Below are positions 24,001 through 34,317 of a stretch of 45,131 nt of DNA, one piece after another (the first letter of the stretch is position 1; each line of letters starts with the position of its first letter). A program made the position numbers and the translations under genes. The stretch comes from a virus (Duplodnaviria; Caudoviricetes), in IMG/VR virus record IMGVR_UViG_3300048858_000066, positions 1 through 45,131 of that record. One strand, given 5' to 3'. The notes under the pieces were generated by a model that worked only from the letters and a program-made list of their open reading frames with translations, was not told the origin of the DNA and ran no database searches.

Positions 24001-25725
24001 TTACCCCCAGAGTGTCAGTGTCATGCGGTCGCCGACGCTGCTGACATCTCGCACCAGCATCGGCTTCGGTTGCGCCAGGGACAGGATCCCCGGCCAGGTC
24101 AGACTCACCACGGTGCCAGGCATCAGCATCTGCGGCGCTACGCCGGCCGCGCCCGCACCGATCTGCACCCGCCATGCCTCGCGAGGCACCCCGAAGAGCG
24201 CCATGAGGCTACCTGCCAGCGCCTCCGCGGGACCGACCTGATCAAAGACGCTGTCCAGCACCGACCCGTCGAGAGCCATCGGGTAGAGATTTTGCGCCGC
24301 GCCCAGCACCGGCGGCGCCATGAGGCTCGCCTGTCCCAACAGGTCGCGCTCCGCCGCCGCAACGGATGGCGCGATGTCCTGCCCACTCAGCACCACGTCA
24401 CGCCCCTGATAGGTGACCCGAGCGCGCCACCAGGGCGGCTGATCCTGCACGGCAGGCTCTGGCGGCGCCCTGAGCATCCAAGGCTCCAGCGCCAAGCTGG
24501 GCCCCTGAGCCTCTGGCGCCACCAGCGCCCGGCCGTACCAACGACCGAACGCGTCAGCACCCCAGGAGGCGCCGACCCCTGCCGCCAGCCGCTCCATGGC
24601 ATCAGCAACAGTGCCACCAGCCACCAGCAGGCCGCACTCGCCGCCCGGCCACGAACTGAAAGCCCAGTCAGGCGCCTGATCCACAGCGACGCCACCCGGA
24701 CCGGTCAGCAGCGCGATGGCGATGCTGGCGGCGGTGCCGCCGCGATAGGTTCCGCTGCCGGCGAGCGGGTCACCGCGCGCGGCGACGCTCAGCGCGGAGG
24801 ACGTGGACCCAAGGCGGATATGGCCACTCGCGAGACAGGTGTAGTAGCTGGTAGCCGGCACCGTCGCTGCCTCCAGGGCGCCATAGCCGCCCAGATCGCC
24901 CAGCGGCGTCCAAGGAACCCCCTGGTTGCTGACCGACAGCACTTCCTGCAGCCCACCGTCGCTGACCTGGTAGATTAGCCGCCCCGCATCCACCAGCACG
25001 GGCGCCATCGCCCGGCGGATCCCATAGAGGCGCGGCTTGGCCTGTCCGGTCAGGCTCTGCGGCCCCTCCACACCGCCGGTGCCGGCATAGAGGTTATTCG
25101 CCGGAACAGAGAGGTCGGCTGCTCCGCTGGTCAGCGTCAGCCGAAGACGCCCGGCGCCGTCTGGTGCCCGCCGTACCCGCATCTCCGCCACCCGGCCGAA
25201 CTCGGCCCGGCGGGCATGCACCGGCCGGCGCAGCGGCCCACGGGAGATGACCACCTTGCGCCCGGCCAAGCGCCAGGCGCCGCGCAGGCCATCCAGCGCG
25301 CCATCGGCGTTGGCCAGCAGCAATTCACCGGCGGTGATTTCCGTGCGCCTCCCCTCGGTCGGGTAGATGGGCATACCCAACTCCAAGACCGGCGGCTCCA
25401 GCAATCGGCTGGGCCAGCGGACGTTCGGCGCGTCGGGATCGTCCGGTTCACCGATCCAGTCGCGGTCCGTCACCACGATGGCGCCGTCTCCTGGCGCAAG
25501 CGGGTCCGGCGGCAAGGACAAGGTCAGCGACGGCATGCCGGAGATCATGCCGAACGGCGCCGGCCGGGCCTGACCAGACGGGCCCGGCGCCGTGATCTCC
25601 ACTGCCCAGACAGCCTCCCGCGACGGCAGGTCCGACACGCGGACTGCGCCGCTGGCAACGCCTGCCGTTGAGGCTGGCCACAGCGCTGCCGACGGCGCTG
25701 CGCAGCTGGGCGCGAAGCCGCTCAT
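24001..25725 (-). CDS. Tail tip/hub protein
   Basis: Follows tape measure; GELLLANADGALD, YAGTGGVEG..L.GQAKPRLYG. Confidence 0.7.
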   Translation of the reverse strand: MSGFAPSCAAPSAALWPASTAGVASGAVRVSDLPSREAVWAVEITAPGPSGQARPAPFGMISGMPSLTLSLPPDPLAPGDGAIVVTDRDWIGEPDDPDAPNVRWPSRLLEPPVLELGMPIYPTEGRRTEITAGELLLANADGALDGLRGAWRLAGRKVVISRGPLRRPVHARRAEFGRVAEMRVRRAPDGAGRLRLTLTSGAADLSVPANNLYAGTGGVEGPQSLTGQAKPRLYGIRRAMAPVLVDAGRLIYQVSDGGLQEVLSVSNQGVPWTPLGDLGGYGALEAATVPATSYYTCLASGHIRLGSTSSALSVAARGDPLAGSGTYRGGTAASIAIALLTGPGGVAVDQAPDWAFSSWPGGECGLLVAGGTVADAMERLAAGVGASWGADAFGRWYGRALVAPEAQGPSLALEPWMLRAPPEPAVQDQPPWWRARVTYQGRDVVLSGQDIAPSVAAAERDLLGQASLMAPPVLGAAQNLYPMALDGSVLDSVFDQVGPAEALAGSLMALFGVPREAWRVQIGAGAAGVAPQMLMPGTVVSLTWPGILSLAQPKPMLVRDVSSVGDRMTLTLWG

Positions 25726-28700
25726 GTCCGCACCCGCATGCTGCGCAGCTCCTCCCGCAGATCGGTCACCTCCTGCGTCAGGGCGGTGACCGCATCGGTG
25801 TTTGGCGTCATGACCCGCTCCAATCCCGCTGCGAAGTTGTCCGAGAAACCCGGCAGATCCAGGCTGGTACCGAGCCCGCGCGTGGTGCTGAGCACCATGT
25901 CGCGGAGCGCGGTCATCTGCGGGCTGACGCCGTAATAGTCGCTGCTGGTGGAGATCAGCGTATTGGCGGCCGAGGTATAGGCCGACAGGTCGCCACCATT
26001 CCGGGCAGCACTCAGCGCATCGTCATACTGACGCTGCGCCTCCAGGAACGCCTGCTCCGGCGAGACACCCGGGCCCGACAGAGCCTGACTGTCCAGGAAG
26101 CCGGCCAGGATCCCCGCTTGCGACTGCAACGCCTGCAGGCCTTGCAGCTCGGCATTCAGGGCCGTCTGCTGCCGCTCCTGCTCCGCCGCCGTCGCCTGCT
26201 CACCGAACTTGCGGATGATGGCCGCCCGCTCCTCGGCAAGCGTCTTCTCCAGCATCACCATGTCGGTGACCCCGTCGCTGGCCGCCGAGATGCGCTCGGC
26301 ATTGGCCCGCCGTTCCTGGTCCCACAGCGCGCCCTCCAAGGTGCCGCCATTGCCGCTGGCTGACTGGAATCGGTCCCACAGCGAGTTGCTGCTGGCCGTG
26401 GTGGCCGCGTCGCGCCGCCGCACCAGAGCGTTGTATTCCGCGTCCAGGGTCTTCCAGCGATCCGACGTGAAGCTGGCGCGCGCCTCGGGCTGGATATCCA
26501 GGTCGCGCAGCTGGTCATCCAGGGTTTTCACTTCCGCCTGCGCAGCGACGGAGAAGTTCTGGATCTGCAACACCAGTTCCGAAACGCCGGAGGCGAGCGC
26601 CTGGCGTTGACTGTCAGTCGCGGTGATCGAGGAAAGCGTTGCCGATCTCTGGTCAATCAGCGTCTGCACCGCCTTCGCGCGGACGCCATTCAGAGCCTCC
26701 TCGTTCAGCCCCAGCTCTTTCGCCTTGGCGATCGCCTGATCAATGGGCGCCGCCAGAGCGTTGACCTGCTGCACAAAGGCCGCAGTCGGCGTGACGCTCT
26801 CAGCGATCATCGTCTTGTACGTGCCATTGTACCAGTCGAGGTTCGCCAGAGTCGCATCCACACCGGAGCTATGGGCAATGACCGACTGCACCTCGGAGCT
26901 CGCCAGCCCCTTCATGCTGTCAATCAGCGACTGGGCCATGTCCTGGACCAGCTGCGCGGCGGAAGCATCGTTGCGCTCGTACTCGTGCCAGGTGCCACCG
27001 CCAGGGCCATACAGCGCGGCGATGCCGTCCCGGTTCCCCGCCTTGATCTCGAAATTATACGGGATCTCCGAGACGCCCAACGAAGCCTTCAGGCTGTCGG
27101 CCAGCGAATTGACCTGGCCGCCGATCTGCGCGGCGAGGTCGCGGTTGTCCTGGCTGTACCGGTCGCCGGAAAGACCATCGACCTCCGAAGTGCCCGTGTG
27201 GAGGTTCGAGCGATACACGCCGGTCATGTCGCTGGGCTTCTGGCCGCTCAGGAACATGGCCGCGATGGCGGCGATCACGGCGACATAAGGCGCCGCAGCG
27301 GCAATGGCGCCCAAAGCCGCCGAGGCCCCCGCACCAAGGCCAGCCGCCGCAGCACCACCGGCCACGGCGGCGGAGCCGCCTGCCAGCGCGGTACCGCCGG
27401 CAATGACACCCGCCGTGCCACTAACGCCTTGCGCCCAGCCCTTCGCGCCACCCGTCTGAATGCCGCTGTAGATACCGTAGATGCCGCCCGCGATGCCGGC
27501 AGCGCCACCGATAGCGCCACCAACGGACACACCGCCGGCCGGATTAGCGGCCGAATAGGGGCCGTACATGGCCTCGCCCGCACCACCGGCCGCATTGAAG
27601 CCGGAGGAAGTATTGTAGAGCGGCGTGTTCAGGACATCGTCTAGATAGGCAAATCCTGTCTGGGACGGCCCAGTACCCATGAAGCTCTTGAACGCGCTAC
27701 CAGCAGCATCGGTGTACTTGGATACGCCGGAGAGCATGCCAAGTGAACCACCTGATCCAGACGCACTTCCAGTCGCGTCAATCTGACCAGCGGAACCGAG
27801 GACACCGGTAACGATCGGCGTGATGATCGGCCGAATGATTGCTTCGGCGGCAATCCTGGAAAACGTCCGCCGCGCAGTGGACTCGAAGGTATCCAGCATA
27901 CCCTCCCAGCCGCGCCCGTTCTGATCGAACATGTCGGCGAAACTGTCAGAGGCGTAATCAACGATGTTGTCGGTTGAGCGCTCAATCTGCGCCTGCTGGC
28001 GATCCTGGGAAGCCTTGCTATCCCTCTCGATTTTATCGAGGGCCTTCTTTCGTTCATCAGGATCCAGCGCGGACCCTTTCAATGCGCGCTGGATCTCGCG
28101 CGCCATATTGTCATCACTGGCCGTGCCGTAGAGCAGACCGGTGCGACCATCGCGCTGGAGGCGGTCGTAGATCTTCAGGGTATCGTTGGCGGCATCCCGT
28201 TCCGCCCGAAGCGATTCAGTCCGCGCCCTGGATGCGGCACGGTCCGCCGCGGCTTCCCGGTCCCGGATCTCCTCCCGACGCGAGGCGATGGTCTGCAGGA
28301 GGGTATCAGTCTCCTGCATCTGCTGGCGCACCACCGGCTCGCGGTCAGCACGCAGCTTCGCCAGCTCGGCGTCACGGTCGGCGAGAAGACTCTTAGCCTC
28401 CTCCACCTTTCCATCCATCTGCAGCTGCTGCGCCTGGGCCTCCAGCACGGCACGCCGGTTCTTGACCTCGCTTTCCAGCTGGGCTTCCACCCGCTGCTGC
28501 AGCGTACCCGCCGCCTGCTGCTGGCGCTGCAAGGCCTCGGCGGCCTTGGTACCCGACTTCTCCAACGTCGCCAGCAGCGCCTGGGCGTTGCTCAGCGCCT
28601 CGCCCGGCGCCTGGCGCGCCCGCTCGCCTGCCGCCTTCAGATCGCCCAGCTTGGCGGACAGCCGGCCAGCGGCACCCGCCAGGGTGTCAACCTGCCCCGC

Positions 28701-29915
28701 CGCCGTGCCGGACGCCGAGCCAAGGCCATTGATGCCACCCGTCGCGCCAGGCGTGGCTTGCTCGATCAGGCGAGCCCGCTCGGCCAGGGCCCGAGCCGCC
28801 TCGCCATTCTCGACAAAGGATTGCCGGTTCTTGTCCAGCGCGACGATCAACGGCTCGATCGTGCCCTTCAGAGCCGGGTTGGCCTCGATCATCCGCGACA
28901 GCTCGCCGATGACTCCGCTGACCGCCTCGCGAGTTTGGTTCAGCGGATCGCGTAGCTGGGCCATGGAGGCCAGAGCATCACGGACCACCGACGCATCGGT
29001 CAGCTGCAGGCTCAGCTCACCGCCCACGTTGGCGACCGACGCGCGCCGCAGCTCGCCGCTCACATCGGAGAAGAGCTTGTCGCTGGCCTTGCGCAGGTCG
29101 CCCTGTTCGCGGGCCAGCGAGGCCCGCTCACCGGCAAGCTGAACATCCGTCAGACGCCGGTAGTAATCGGTCAGACGCTCGACGCGCTCCGCCTCGCCTT
29201 CCAGGCTTTCGAAGCGAATGCGGGCGGCGGCATCGAGGGCCTTGGAGGACGCTTCCACATCCTTCAGCACTGACGCCAGGTCGCGGCCGTTGATGGCCGT
29301 CTCGGCGAAGCGATAGGCCACGGCGCCAATGGCGACCGCCGCGCCGGACACGGCACCGATCATGCCGAAGCTGCCCAGCAACTGCGGCAGCTGCTGCGCC
29401 AGGGCAGTCACATAGGACTGCCCCGAGGCCACCTGCACAGCGAAGTCGCCGATCTGGAACGATGCATTCTGGATGTTGGACGCCAGCTTGCTGGCGCTGC
29501 CGGCGGCATTGTCATTGGCCGTGGCCATGCCCGTGAGGTGGCGCGAGGCACCCTCGGTGCCGCCGACCTGCACCGCGAGGCGCTGATACTGCGCCTGCAG
29601 GTTCTCGACCGCGCGCAGATGCGTCTCGGTGACGGTGACGCCCTTGGCCTGGGCGCTGCTCACCACCTCCTGCGCGCGGCTCCACTTCTGGTAAGCGGCT
29701 TCGATCGGGTTGACCGAGGCCGTGACACGGTCCAGCGACGCCGCAACGCCACGCAGGGACCGGCTCTGCGACTCAGTGCCGGCCGCCGCCCGCTCCCCGG
29801 CAGCGCCGACCCGCGCCAGCCCTGCTTCGGCAGTGGTGGCAAATTGCTCGATCTCGGCGCCGGCCTGCTTTGCGTTCGCCTCGATACGGACGCCGACGGA
29901 GCGGGTGCCGGACAT
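25722..29915 (-). CDS. Tape measure protein (1397 aa)
   Basis: Longest ORF; QIGDFAVQVASGQS..TALAQQLPQL lambda-type motif; Ala/Gly-rich helical. Confidence 0.92.
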   Translation of the reverse strand: MSGTRSVGVRIEANAKQAGAEIEQFATTAEAGLARVGAAGERAAAGTESQSRSLRGVAASLDRVTASVNPIEAAYQKWSRAQEVVSSAQAKGVTVTETHLRAVENLQAQYQRLAVQVGGTEGASRHLTGMATANDNAAGSASKLASNIQNASFQIGDFAVQVASGQSYVTALAQQLPQLLGSFGMIGAVSGAAVAIGAVAYRFAETAINGRDLASVLKDVEASSKALDAAARIRFESLEGEAERVERLTDYYRRLTDVQLAGERASLAREQGDLRKASDKLFSDVSGELRRASVANVGGELSLQLTDASVVRDALASMAQLRDPLNQTREAVSGVIGELSRMIEANPALKGTIEPLIVALDKNRQSFVENGEAARALAERARLIEQATPGATGGINGLGSASGTAAGQVDTLAGAAGRLSAKLGDLKAAGERARQAPGEALSNAQALLATLEKSGTKAAEALQRQQQAAGTLQQRVEAQLESEVKNRRAVLEAQAQQLQMDGKVEEAKSLLADRDAELAKLRADREPVVRQQMQETDTLLQTIASRREEIRDREAAADRAASRARTESLRAERDAANDTLKIYDRLQRDGRTGLLYGTASDDNMAREIQRALKGSALDPDERKKALDKIERDSKASQDRQQAQIERSTDNIVDYASDSFADMFDQNGRGWEGMLDTFESTARRTFSRIAAEAIIRPIITPIVTGVLGSAGQIDATGSASGSGGSLGMLSGVSKYTDAAGSAFKSFMGTGPSQTGFAYLDDVLNTPLYNTSSGFNAAGGAGEAMYGPYSAANPAGGVSVGGAIGGAAGIAGGIYGIYSGIQTGGAKGWAQGVSGTAGVIAGGTALAGGSAAVAGGAAAAGLGAGASAALGAIAAAAPYVAVIAAIAAMFLSGQKPSDMTGVYRSNLHTGTSEVDGLSGDRYSQDNRDLAAQIGGQVNSLADSLKASLGVSEIPYNFEIKAGNRDGIAALYGPGGGTWHEYERNDASAAQLVQDMAQSLIDSMKGLASSEVQSVIAHSSGVDATLANLDWYNGTYKTMIAESVTPTAAFVQQVNALAAPIDQAIAKAKELGLNEEALNGVRAKAVQTLIDQRSATLSSITATDSQRQALASGVSELVLQIQNFSVAAQAEVKTLDDQLRDLDIQPEARASFTSDRWKTLDAEYNALVRRRDAATTASSNSLWDRFQSASGNGGTLEGALWDQERRANAERISAASDGVTDMVMLEKTLAEERAAIIRKFGEQATAAEQERQQTALNAELQGLQALQSQAGILAGFLDSQALSGPGVSPEQAFLEAQRQYDDALSAARNGGDLSAYTSAANTLISTSSDYYGVSPQMTALRDMVLSTTRGLGTSLDLPGFSDNFAAGLERVMTPNTDAVTALTQEVTDLREELRSMRVRT

Positions 29916-29918
29916 GAA

Positions 29919-30632
29919 TCAGTCTCCGATACGGTTGAGTTCCGAGGCGAGATCGGCCTCCGCGCGCTTGGCGGCGGCATCGATGTCCAACCGCTTTTGC
30001 ACGCGGGTGGCACGCACCAGGCTGAACAGCGGCTCGCCTTTGCTGTCTTCCTTGGCGAAGTAGAGGGCGACCAGGTTGGCGCGGCTGCGCTTGCTGGGGA
30101 CCAGCAGGATGTAGGGCTTGAAGCCGCGCTGGCGCTTCCGCTTGCCCTTCAGGCCCGGCTTGCTGGAGACGATCTTCGCCTTCAGCTCGCGCGACGCCTT
30201 AGCCAGCATGGAGTAGCGCCGCTTCTGGCCCGCCGGCACCCGCCCGCCCTTGCGGCTGATCTCGGTGTGCCCGTAGCCCAGCTCGACCGCGCGGGGCAGC
30301 GCGATGACCAGGAACCGGCCGCGCCGGGGCAGCACTGCGGGGCCGGCATCATAGGCATCATGCAGGACGGTGCTCTTGGAGTAGACCAACGCGGCCGGCC
30401 GCAGCGACCGCCCCCGCGCCGGATAGGTGCGCTGCTGCCACGCCTTCTCTAGGCCCATGCCCAGATTGGCCGCGCGGACCTGGCCGCGGAGATCCCCCTG
30501 TAGCCGTTCGCCCACGCGGTTCATCACCGCGCGCAGCTGATCGGCATACTCGCCGACACCCTCCGCCAGCACCGGGCGCAGGTTGTCGCCGACCGTTACC
30601 ACCGTGCGGATGCGGCTGGTGCTGTAGCTCAT
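29919..30632 (-). CDS. Basic tail-completion-like protein (DUF6441-like)
   Basis: LRGQVRAANLG, YP..RSLRPAALVYSK, FLVIALP, KRLDI. Confidence 0.65.
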   Translation of the reverse strand: MSYSTSRIRTVVTVGDNLRPVLAEGVGEYADQLRAVMNRVGERLQGDLRGQVRAANLGMGLEKAWQQRTYPARGRSLRPAALVYSKSTVLHDAYDAGPAVLPRRGRFLVIALPRAVELGYGHTEISRKGGRVPAGQKRRYSMLAKASRELKAKIVSSKPGLKGKRKRQRGFKPYILLVPSKRSRANLVALYFAKEDSKGEPLFSLVRATRVQKRLDIDAAAKRAEADLASELNRIGD

Positions 30633-30955
30633 ATCTGCGCTCCCCTGTCCTCGTCCTGGCGGCTCTTCCGCGCCTCCGCCTCGGCGGCGTTGAGGATGTC
30701 AAAGGCCGCCATCAGCCAGGCAGGCTGGGCGTTGATGCCGCCCGGCTCCGGCAGCTGGGCATAGCCACCCATGCCGGACTGGCACCGCCGCCAGAGGCGC
30801 ACGATGTGGTAGAAGCCCGCGGGAACCGCGAAGCGCGGATTGATGCGCCAGCTCGTCCCACCGGCCGGCCAGCGGCCGCCCTCCGGCCGCCGCGCGGTAT
30901 TGGGGTAGTCGCCTCGCCGGGCGGCGCTTACGGCGTAGGCGGCGCGGAGTTTCCC
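30629..30955 (-). CDS. Tail assembly chaperone -1 frame extension (gpGT-like C-terminal part)
   Basis: -1 frame after GGGAAAC reads KLRAAYAV...LPEPGGINAQPAWLMAAFDIL. Confidence 0.7.
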   Translation of the reverse strand, partial: GKLRAAYAVSAARRGDYPNTARRPEGGRWPAGGTSWRINPRFAVPAGFYHIVRLWRRCQSGMGGYAQLPEPGGINAQPAWLMAAFDILNAAEAEARKSRQDEDRGAQI

Positions 30956-31530
30956 TCCGCCACCTTGGAGGGCGAGCGCAGATCCCGGGCCACCTCCGAC
31001 AGAGCCAGGACATCGCAGCCGGGCAGCGTCTTGTTGATGTAGTCCGGCGTGATGGCGCTGGCGCTGAAGGCCGGCAGGGCAGGGCCTTCCCAGCCGCACA
31101 GCATCAGCGCCAGCGTGGCCAGGATCTGCTCCCGCGAGGTGCGCTCGCGGTCCAGGCGAATGGCCTTCAGGCTCGCATCATCGGCCACCAGCGCCTCGAC
31201 CACGGCGCGCTGCCGCTTGGCCTTGCGATAGGCGATGTTCGCCTCGACCACCTGGTCCTTGCTCTCGTCCTTGTCCAAGGTCTCCAGCAGGGCCAGGAGA
31301 GTGTCTTCCGCCTCCTCGAAGGCATCGATCACGGCGACCTTGTCCGCATGGCCAGCCGTCGTCAGCGCCTCGCGCAGCCGCTCATTGATCACAGCCGGCA
31401 CCGGCTCCAGCCGCCCCAGCCCTTCCTCCAGCAGACCGCCGACTTCGCCGAAGGTGGGCGCGCGCAAGACGTACTTGCGGTCACCGTACTGCTTGGTCAC
31501 GCAGAAACCGGCGTGAGTGATGACATCCAT
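30928..31530 (-). CDS. Tail assembly chaperone (gpG-like)
   Basis: Downstream of tail tube gene, upstream of tape measure; slippery G GGA AAC near its end. Confidence 0.75.
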   Translation of the reverse strand: MDVITHAGFCVTKQYGDRKYVLRAPTFGEVGGLLEEGLGRLEPVPAVINERLREALTTAGHADKVAVIDAFEEAEDTLLALLETLDKDESKDQVVEANIAYRKAKRQRAVVEALVADDASLKAIRLDRERTSREQILATLALMLCGWEGPALPAFSASAITPDYINKTLPGCDVLALSEVARDLRSPSKVAEGNSAPPTP

Positions 31531-31543
31531 GCTGGGGGCGCTC

Positions 31544-32719
31544 TCAGAAGACAGTGATGAAGGTGCCCTGGCCGGGCACCAAGGGGGTCAGCTGGATCTG
31601 GTCCACGCCCTTTTCGCCGCGCGCGCCGAGGCCGAAGCCGGTCACGCGGTTGCTGGGATGCGTGATGCCGATCCGGTTTCCAGGCACCGTGCCCAGCATC
31701 GCCGCGAAACTGGCGGTGTCGCCGGTGCGGAGCTTCGAGAAGCGGCCGTTGCTGAGCAAGGTGCTGCTGAACGGATCGATATCGATGCGCGGGGCGGCGC
31801 CGGTGATCTCCGGTGCGTCGAAGCCTTCACGCGCCTCGGGATTCTCGCCCTCGCTCATAGCCGTGTTGCTGTTCCAGCTGTAGCTGGCACAGCGGGCCAG
31901 GGCGCCGTCGAGGCGGGACAGGCCACGCGCCCAGATCGGCGGCTGCTGCCGCGTGATGTTGTTCCAGCCGGCCGGCGGCGAGGCGATCACCGGGTCGGCG
32001 GCAAGCTGCCCGCGCATCGCCAGCGTCATGGTGCCGGGCTGCGCGGCCTGCAGCGCGATCGAGGGGCTGCCGACGCAGCCCACGAACTTCCAGAGCTGCC
32101 CGCCCCGGTAGCCGTAGATCGTCACCGGCCGGATCATGTCCGGATCATCGGTCAGCCGGTACAGGGCATTGACCGGGATCTGCGCCATCGTGGCGGTGCT
32201 GAGGACCGGATTATAGGCCTTCGGCACCTTAGCGACGCGGCCGGAGGTATAGTCCAGCACCAGCATCGTCTCGGCCGTGGCCGGATTGCCGGAGAGCACC
32301 AGCGGCATGCCGCGATAGACCTGCGGCGTCGCCACGAAGGGGGTGCCGAGCGTCAGGCTGTCGGCAGTGCCCGCTGTGGCGGCCGTGGGGGCACCCACCG
32401 CCGCTGCCTGCAACACCTCCTCGAAGCGCGCCGCCTGCAGCAGCTTACCCCATTCCGGCGCATTCCCCGGCGTGCCTGGGCCGCGCATGCGGAAGTTCAG
32501 GCTGATGGCAGGCCGGATGCCCGTGGGGATGGGGGCGTTGATGTCGAAGCTGCCCGTGGCGGAATCGTCGGCCACGGTCTGCTGCGGCAGCTCGAATGAG
32601 GCGCTCGCGGCGATGAAGTCCGACAGGGCAGGGGTGCTGCCGCCGAAAGCATCCACGCCGGCAGTGGTCTCGGCCTTGACCGCGATGGCGGTCAAGGCGA
32701 GGCGAATGGTCTCGGCCAT
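31544..32719 (-). CDS. Major tail tube protein
   Basis: AGGAGG RBS; AVKAETTAGVD, PEWGKLLQA; position after tail terminator. Confidence 0.8.
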   Translation of the reverse strand: MAETIRLALTAIAVKAETTAGVDAFGGSTPALSDFIAASASFELPQQTVADDSATGSFDINAPIPTGIRPAISLNFRMRGPGTPGNAPEWGKLLQAARFEEVLQAAAVGAPTAATAGTADSLTLGTPFVATPQVYRGMPLVLSGNPATAETMLVLDYTSGRVAKVPKAYNPVLSTATMAQIPVNALYRLTDDPDMIRPVTIYGYRGGQLWKFVGCVGSPSIALQAAQPGTMTLAMRGQLAADPVIASPPAGWNNITRQQPPIWARGLSRLDGALARCASYSWNSNTAMSEGENPEAREGFDAPEITGAAPRIDIDPFSSTLLSNGRFSKLRTGDTASFAAMLGTVPGNRIGITHPSNRVTGFGLGARGEKGVDQIQLTPLVPGQGTFITVF

Positions 32720-32746
32720 CGGGCCTTCCCTCCTGGTGCTGGAATC

Positions 32747-32768
32747 AAAAAGGCGCCACGCGGCGCCC
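32747..32768 (-). terminator. Putative intrinsic terminator/attenuator
   Basis: Minus strand GGCGCC-GCGT-GGCGCC-TTTTT. Confidence 0.5.
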
Positions 32769-32793
32769 TGGAATGGGGTGTCAGGGCACGGCG

Positions 32794-33282
32794 CTAGTCG
32801 GCCGTTTCCACGAAGACCTCGCCGCGGTTGACGGTCACGCGGAAGGTGAAGCCGGCGGTGAAGACGCCGGTGGGGATCTCGGTGTCGCCGGCGCCGAACA
32901 TCTCGATCCGCAGATCGGATTCCTCCAGCCACAACTCCAGCGCGCCTTCCGCCAGCGGCACCACAATGGGTTCGCCCGGCGCGACCGCCTCGACGAGGCG
33001 CGCGTGCATCGCGTTCAGGGCAGGGCCCAGATCGGCGGAGTTCTCCACCTGGATGTTGCCTTCGGCATCCCAGGCGAAGAGGTAGGTGATCTCCGGCGGG
33101 CCAGCCTCATCCGTGGGCGCTTGGTCGCCGTCGAAGAGCCGGAAGCGCGGGTGCGGTTCCTTCGGCCCGATGTCGTCGACGCGGTTGCGCTCCACCTGGT
33201 CGCGGGACATCTCAGGGAAGGCGCCGCGCACCACTTGGTCCAGCGCCCCATAGACCACCTCGCGCAGCGGGTGGCGCGCCAT
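32794..33282 (-). CDS. Tail terminator-like protein
   Basis: Acidic 162 aa; PLREVV..L, VERNR; position. Confidence 0.65.
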   Translation of the reverse strand: MARHPLREVVYGALDQVVRGAFPEMSRDQVERNRVDDIGPKEPHPRFRLFDGDQAPTDEAGPPEITYLFAWDAEGNIQVENSADLGPALNAMHARLVEAVAPGEPIVVPLAEGALELWLEESDLRIEMFGAGDTEIPTGVFTAGFTFRVTVNRGEVFVETAD

Positions 33283-33545
33283 CAGGCGCCGCCCTTGGCC
33301 TTGCCCGGGTCGGTCGCGCGCCCGGCCTTGATCTCGGCCGCCGCGATCTCCTTCGGCAACCAGACCAGCTGGCCTGGCGCGATGTCGGTGCCAACCTCGC
33401 GCGGGATGGTCTTGGTGGCCAGCACCTGGCGCAGCGGCGCCAGGTCAGCCTGCTCTGGCTCCGGCAAGGGCGTCTCGGCGATGGGCGTGGTGACGGGGGC
33501 CGGGGCGGTACCCGCGACCTCCTGAGCGGTCTTGTCGGTGGGCAT
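33282..33545 (-). CDS. Hypothetical virion-associated protein
   Basis: GAGGAG RBS; in head-tail block. Confidence 0.6.
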   Translation of the reverse strand: MPTDKTAQEVAGTAPAPVTTPIAETPLPEPEQADLAPLRQVLATKTIPREVGTDIAPGQLVWLPKEIAAAEIKAGRATDPGKAKGGA

Positions 33546-33576
33546 GCTGCCTCTCCTCTGCGGCGCGAGCCGCTGT

Positions 33577-33900
33577 TCAGTCCTGGCGCGTCAGCGTCAG
33601 CGTGTAGGATGCGCCTGAGCTATCGGCCTCGACATTGGCCACGGACCAGCCGCCCTCATCCTGGAAGCCGACAAGATCGTCGCGCTCGGGCTCTCCCGTC
33701 GCACCGAGATCCGCGCGCGCCACCACGATCCGCCGGCGGCGCAGTGTGCGGCCTCGACTGCCGCCGGCGCTGTCATCCGCCTGATCGAAGATGGCCGGGA
33801 TGTCGAAGGGCACCCCTCGGCCTCCCGGCCGGTAGCTGACCATGACGCTGACCCCTGGCGCCCGCACCAGCGCCTGGGCTGCCGCCTGGAAGGGGTCCAT
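33577..33900 (-). CDS. Head-tail joining/closure protein (FII-like)
   Basis: 107 aa beta-rich, position. Confidence 0.65.
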   Translation of the reverse strand: MDPFQAAAQALVRAPGVSVMVSYRPGGRGVPFDIPAIFDQADDSAGGSRGRTLRRRRIVVARADLGATGEPERDDLVGFQDEGGWSVANVEADSSGASYTLTLTRQD

Positions 33901-33910
33901 GGCGGATGGC

Positions 33911-34240
33911 TTAGATGGTCACGCCATTGAGGCGGACATTGACACGCGTGGCATCGGCGGCGGCGGCCGCAGCGGCCGCGCCGATCAGCTTGTTGCCGCT
34001 GGCCGTGGTGGTGACGCGCGCATTGGCCGCATCCCAATAGACCTTGGCCAACCACCCGATGGCGCCGGTGGCCTTCGGCAGATTGATGACCCCCACCAGG
34101 CGGAGCGTCAGCGGCTGGCCCAGCAAGGCATCATGGGTGGCGACGCCGAAAACATCGCCGACGATCAGCCCGGCGCCAGAAAGGGTATCGGCCGGCGCAG
34201 GACCCGTGAGCTGCTCGCCGACCTGGACGAAGTTGCGCAT
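33911..34240 (-). CDS. DUF2190-family capsid cement/decoration protein
   Basis: MRNFVQVG...SG..LIVG..FGVA..D...GV..LPKA...KVYWD. Confidence 0.85.
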   Translation of the reverse strand: MRNFVQVGEQLTGPAPADTLSGAGLIVGDVFGVATHDALLGQPLTLRLVGVINLPKATGAIGWLAKVYWDAANARVTTTASGNKLIGAAAAAAAADATRVNVRLNGVTI

Positions 34241-34260
34241 CTGGAAGTCCCTCCAGGGAC

Positions 34261-34289
34261 AAAAGAAAAGGGCCCCGGCTGGGGCCCTG
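34261..34289 (-). terminator. Intrinsic terminator after the capsid gene
   Basis: Minus strand AGGGCCCC-AGCC-GGGGCCCT-TTTCTTTT. Confidence 0.75.
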
Positions 34290-34317
34290 CGGTTGCGGAG
34301 AGAGGCGGCGGCGAGCC

